Shown here piece by piece: positions 34,711 to 36,613 of a stretch of DNA of 36,613 nt. The DNA lies in IMG/VR virus record IMGVR_UViG_3300018080_000359, positions 1 to 36,613 of that record; one strand, written 5' to 3'. Positions within the stretch are counted from its first letter, which is position 1. Every line of letters begins with the position of its first letter. Position numbers and translations under genes: made by a program. The notes under the pieces are model-generated. The model was not told where the DNA came from. It worked only from the letters and a program-made list of their open reading frames with translations, and did no database searches. This DNA comes from a virus. Lineage: Duplodnaviria > Caudoviricetes.

Positions 34711-36613
34711 ATGTCTGTACGTTATTGGAGAGGTACAACTTCAACCGACCCAACCAATATCAATAATTGGTCTGATACTACTGGTGGAGCTACTCCAGCA
34801 TCATCCGTGCCTGGAAGTGGTGATGACGCTATATGTGATGGTGGTGGTAATAATCCTTTGACCATGACTGCTAACTGGTCACTTGGTAATTTGTATTTAG
34901 ACTCTGGTTATACCGCCAAGTTTGATATGGCTAATAGCGGATATACGCTTAGCATGGATGATGGTGGTGTTGTTGTATTGGGTGATGGTCATTTTGATTT
35001 TGGTGATGGCACTGTTACGATTGTCAATGGAGATTTTGACTATGAGAATTTAGCAACGCTTACGCGAGATACTGGTACTTTGGAATTTTCTTCTGGAACA
35101 TGCAACTGGAAGGCTGGCAATGGTTTAACGGTATCTAATGTCACTATTGTGAGTGGAGCATCAGTCAATGCATCTGTAGATAGTAGCACACTAATACGTG
35201 TAATTGGTGTGCTGAGCATTGATGGTACACTTAATATGCTTGGTACTGATGATGTCTTTTTGTCTAGTGCGTCAAGATTATTGCTAAAAAGTGGTGCTAT
35301 AGTTAATGGTGGAGATGCCGTAGCTAGATTCTATCTCGCTGGTATAACAGCCACAAATGGTATTACAGAATTTCACTCAAATGCAAGCTTGAATGTGAAT
35401 ATTACATGGGAAGGTGGTCAGACTGGTTCTGTTTTTGCCCCTGGCGTGTATCAAAATGTGCAGGCAAATGGTTTTAGTGGTGGTTGTGTTTTAGAGTTAA
35501 GCTCGTTGGGAGATTATACATTTGACAATCTACATTTGAGAGTTGCTGGTTCTGGCAATTGTCAGATGCCCAATACTACTAATTCACCCAACAGTATTAT
35601 TATCAACGAGGATTTGACTTTAGAAACCGTTGCTGCTACTACAGGTACTATCAATATAGACGATACGTCTACTGGTTTGCTTTGGTATATCGGTGGAGAT
35701 GTTGTAAACTCCATGTCTGGAAGCTCGGTTCTTAATTGGACTGGAGATTCAGTTATTATATTTGATGGTACTGTTAATCAGCTTGTTGATTTTAATGACA
35801 ACTCAACTCCAGATATCATAATATCTAAGAATGATACAGATATTACATTTGATGGTGTTGACGCTACTTTTGATGATATTGCTTCATTAGGTGTTGTTAC
35901 TATTAATACTGGATATTTTTATGGCACAAGTAGTGGAAATTTTGATGCCAAAAGTTTTGTATTTGTATCGCCAGATTCAGTAGATATGGGCGCATCTACA
36001 ACGTGGGTTGTTAACAATGGAACTTTTGATTATTCAGCGGTTGCATTGACGTTTGACCAAAGTACCAGTACTGTTACTTTTAATGGTTCGTGTACCTGGG
36101 TTACCAACGGCGGTGATTCTCTGTATAATGTTACTGTTAGTTCTGGTGCTACTGTGGCAGCTAGCGCTGGTGCTGCTGCGCCAATTAGATGGACGAATAA
36201 TCTTAACAACTTTGGAACAATCAATATTGCTTCTGGAGATAGCTTATTTGCTACTAGCGCAGCTAAAGTGTATCTCAAGGCTAATTCTATAGTGAATGGT
36301 CCTGGTCAATTGTATTTCACAACATTAACGGCCGGTGGAGGTGTTGTAGAGTTTGATTCTACAGCAGCGGTGAATGTGGATTTAGTTTGGCAAAATATAC
36401 CAACGGGGGCTATATTAGCTCCTGGGGTATACTCACAGAATCTTTCCATAGAACCTTTGTTTACTACTAGTATACTTGAGTTAAGTGCTGGTGGTAGTTA
36501 TACGTTTGGTAGTATTTCTTCATCTCCAACAAGTGGCGATGTGTTAATAGATAACAGCGCTAATAGTCCAGCTAGCATTACTGTGCTTGGAGATTTGACC
36601 CTAAATACGTCCA
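34711..36613 (+). CDS. Large adhesin-like beta-solenoid virion protein, truncated by the window end (>634 aa)
   Basis: Not in the ORF track; AGGAGAT RBS, ATG 34711 (MSVRYWRGTTSTDPTNINNWSD...), manually translated without a stop to the end. Confidence 0.9.
   Translation, partial: MSVRYWRGTTSTDPTNINNWSDTTGGATPASSVPGSGDDAICDGGGNNPLTMTANWSLGNLYLDSGYTAKFDMANSGYTLSMDDGGVVVLGDGHFDFGDGTVTIVNGDFDYENLATLTRDTGTLEFSSGTCNWKAGNGLTVSNVTIVSGASVNASVDSSTLIRVIGVLSIDGTLNMLGTDDVFLSSASRLLLKSGAIVNGGDAVARFYLAGITATNGITEFHSNASLNVNITWEGGQTGSVFAPGVYQNVQANGFSGGCVLELSSLGDYTFDNLHLRVAGSGNCQMPNTTNSPNSIIINEDLTLETVAATTGTINIDDTSTGLLWYIGGDVVNSMSGSSVLNWTGDSVIIFDGTVNQLVDFNDNSTPDIIISKNDTDITFDGVDATFDDIASLGVVTINTGYFYGTSSGNFDAKSFVFVSPDSVDMGASTTWVVNNGTFDYSAVALTFDQSTSTVTFNGSCTWVTNGGDSLYNVTVSSGATVAASAGAAAPIRWTNNLNNFGTINIASGDSLFATSAAKVYLKANSIVNGPGQLYFTTLTAGGGVVEFDSTAAVNVDLVWQNIPTGAILAPGVYSQNLSIEPLFTTSILELSAGGSYTFGSISSSPTSGDVLIDNSANSPASITVLGDLTLNTS

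Larger units (their letters stand above)
1..36613. mobile_element. Tailed dsDNA phage genome segment (packaging, head, neck and tail modules)
   Basis: TerL, portal, protease, capsid, tail tube and tape measure genes in canonical order, densely packed and co-oriented; no host housekeeping genes or integrase in the window. Confidence 0.97.

Noticed and set aside
1-36613. Stop-codon reassignment or a diversity-generating retroelement
   Set aside because: Standard code gives dense full-length genes ending in TAA, TGA and TAG; no reverse transcriptase or adenine-variable repeat pair was seen

Overview
The whole window is part of a large tailed dsDNA phage (Caudoviricetes), probably a long-tailed siphovirus because no tail sheath gene is recognisable. 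No host genes, tRNAs, CRISPR arrays or integrase are visible. It opens with a non-coding, C-run-rich, repeat-containing segment (1-385). A short minus-strand operon follows (HTH protein, hypothetical, GIY-YIG+HNH double-nuclease). After a divergent promoter region, one plus-strand morphogenesis arm encodes: sigma-70-like factor, probable terminase small subunit, GDP-mannose 4,6-dehydratase, ERCC4 nuclease, terminase large subunit, portal, prohead protease/scaffold, decoration protein, major capsid protein, a block of fibre/adhesin-like proteins, neck proteins, major tail protein, probable chaperones, a 2023-aa tape measure protein and a truncated beta-solenoid protein. The best-supported system-level observation is a candidate late-transcription circuit: a Cys4-containing sigma factor with no recognisable region-4 HTH, itself behind a consensus host promoter, plus a recurring GGTGTATAAT motif without a -35 box at the heads of structural gene blocks. 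All product calls come from motif reading and gene order, not database searches.
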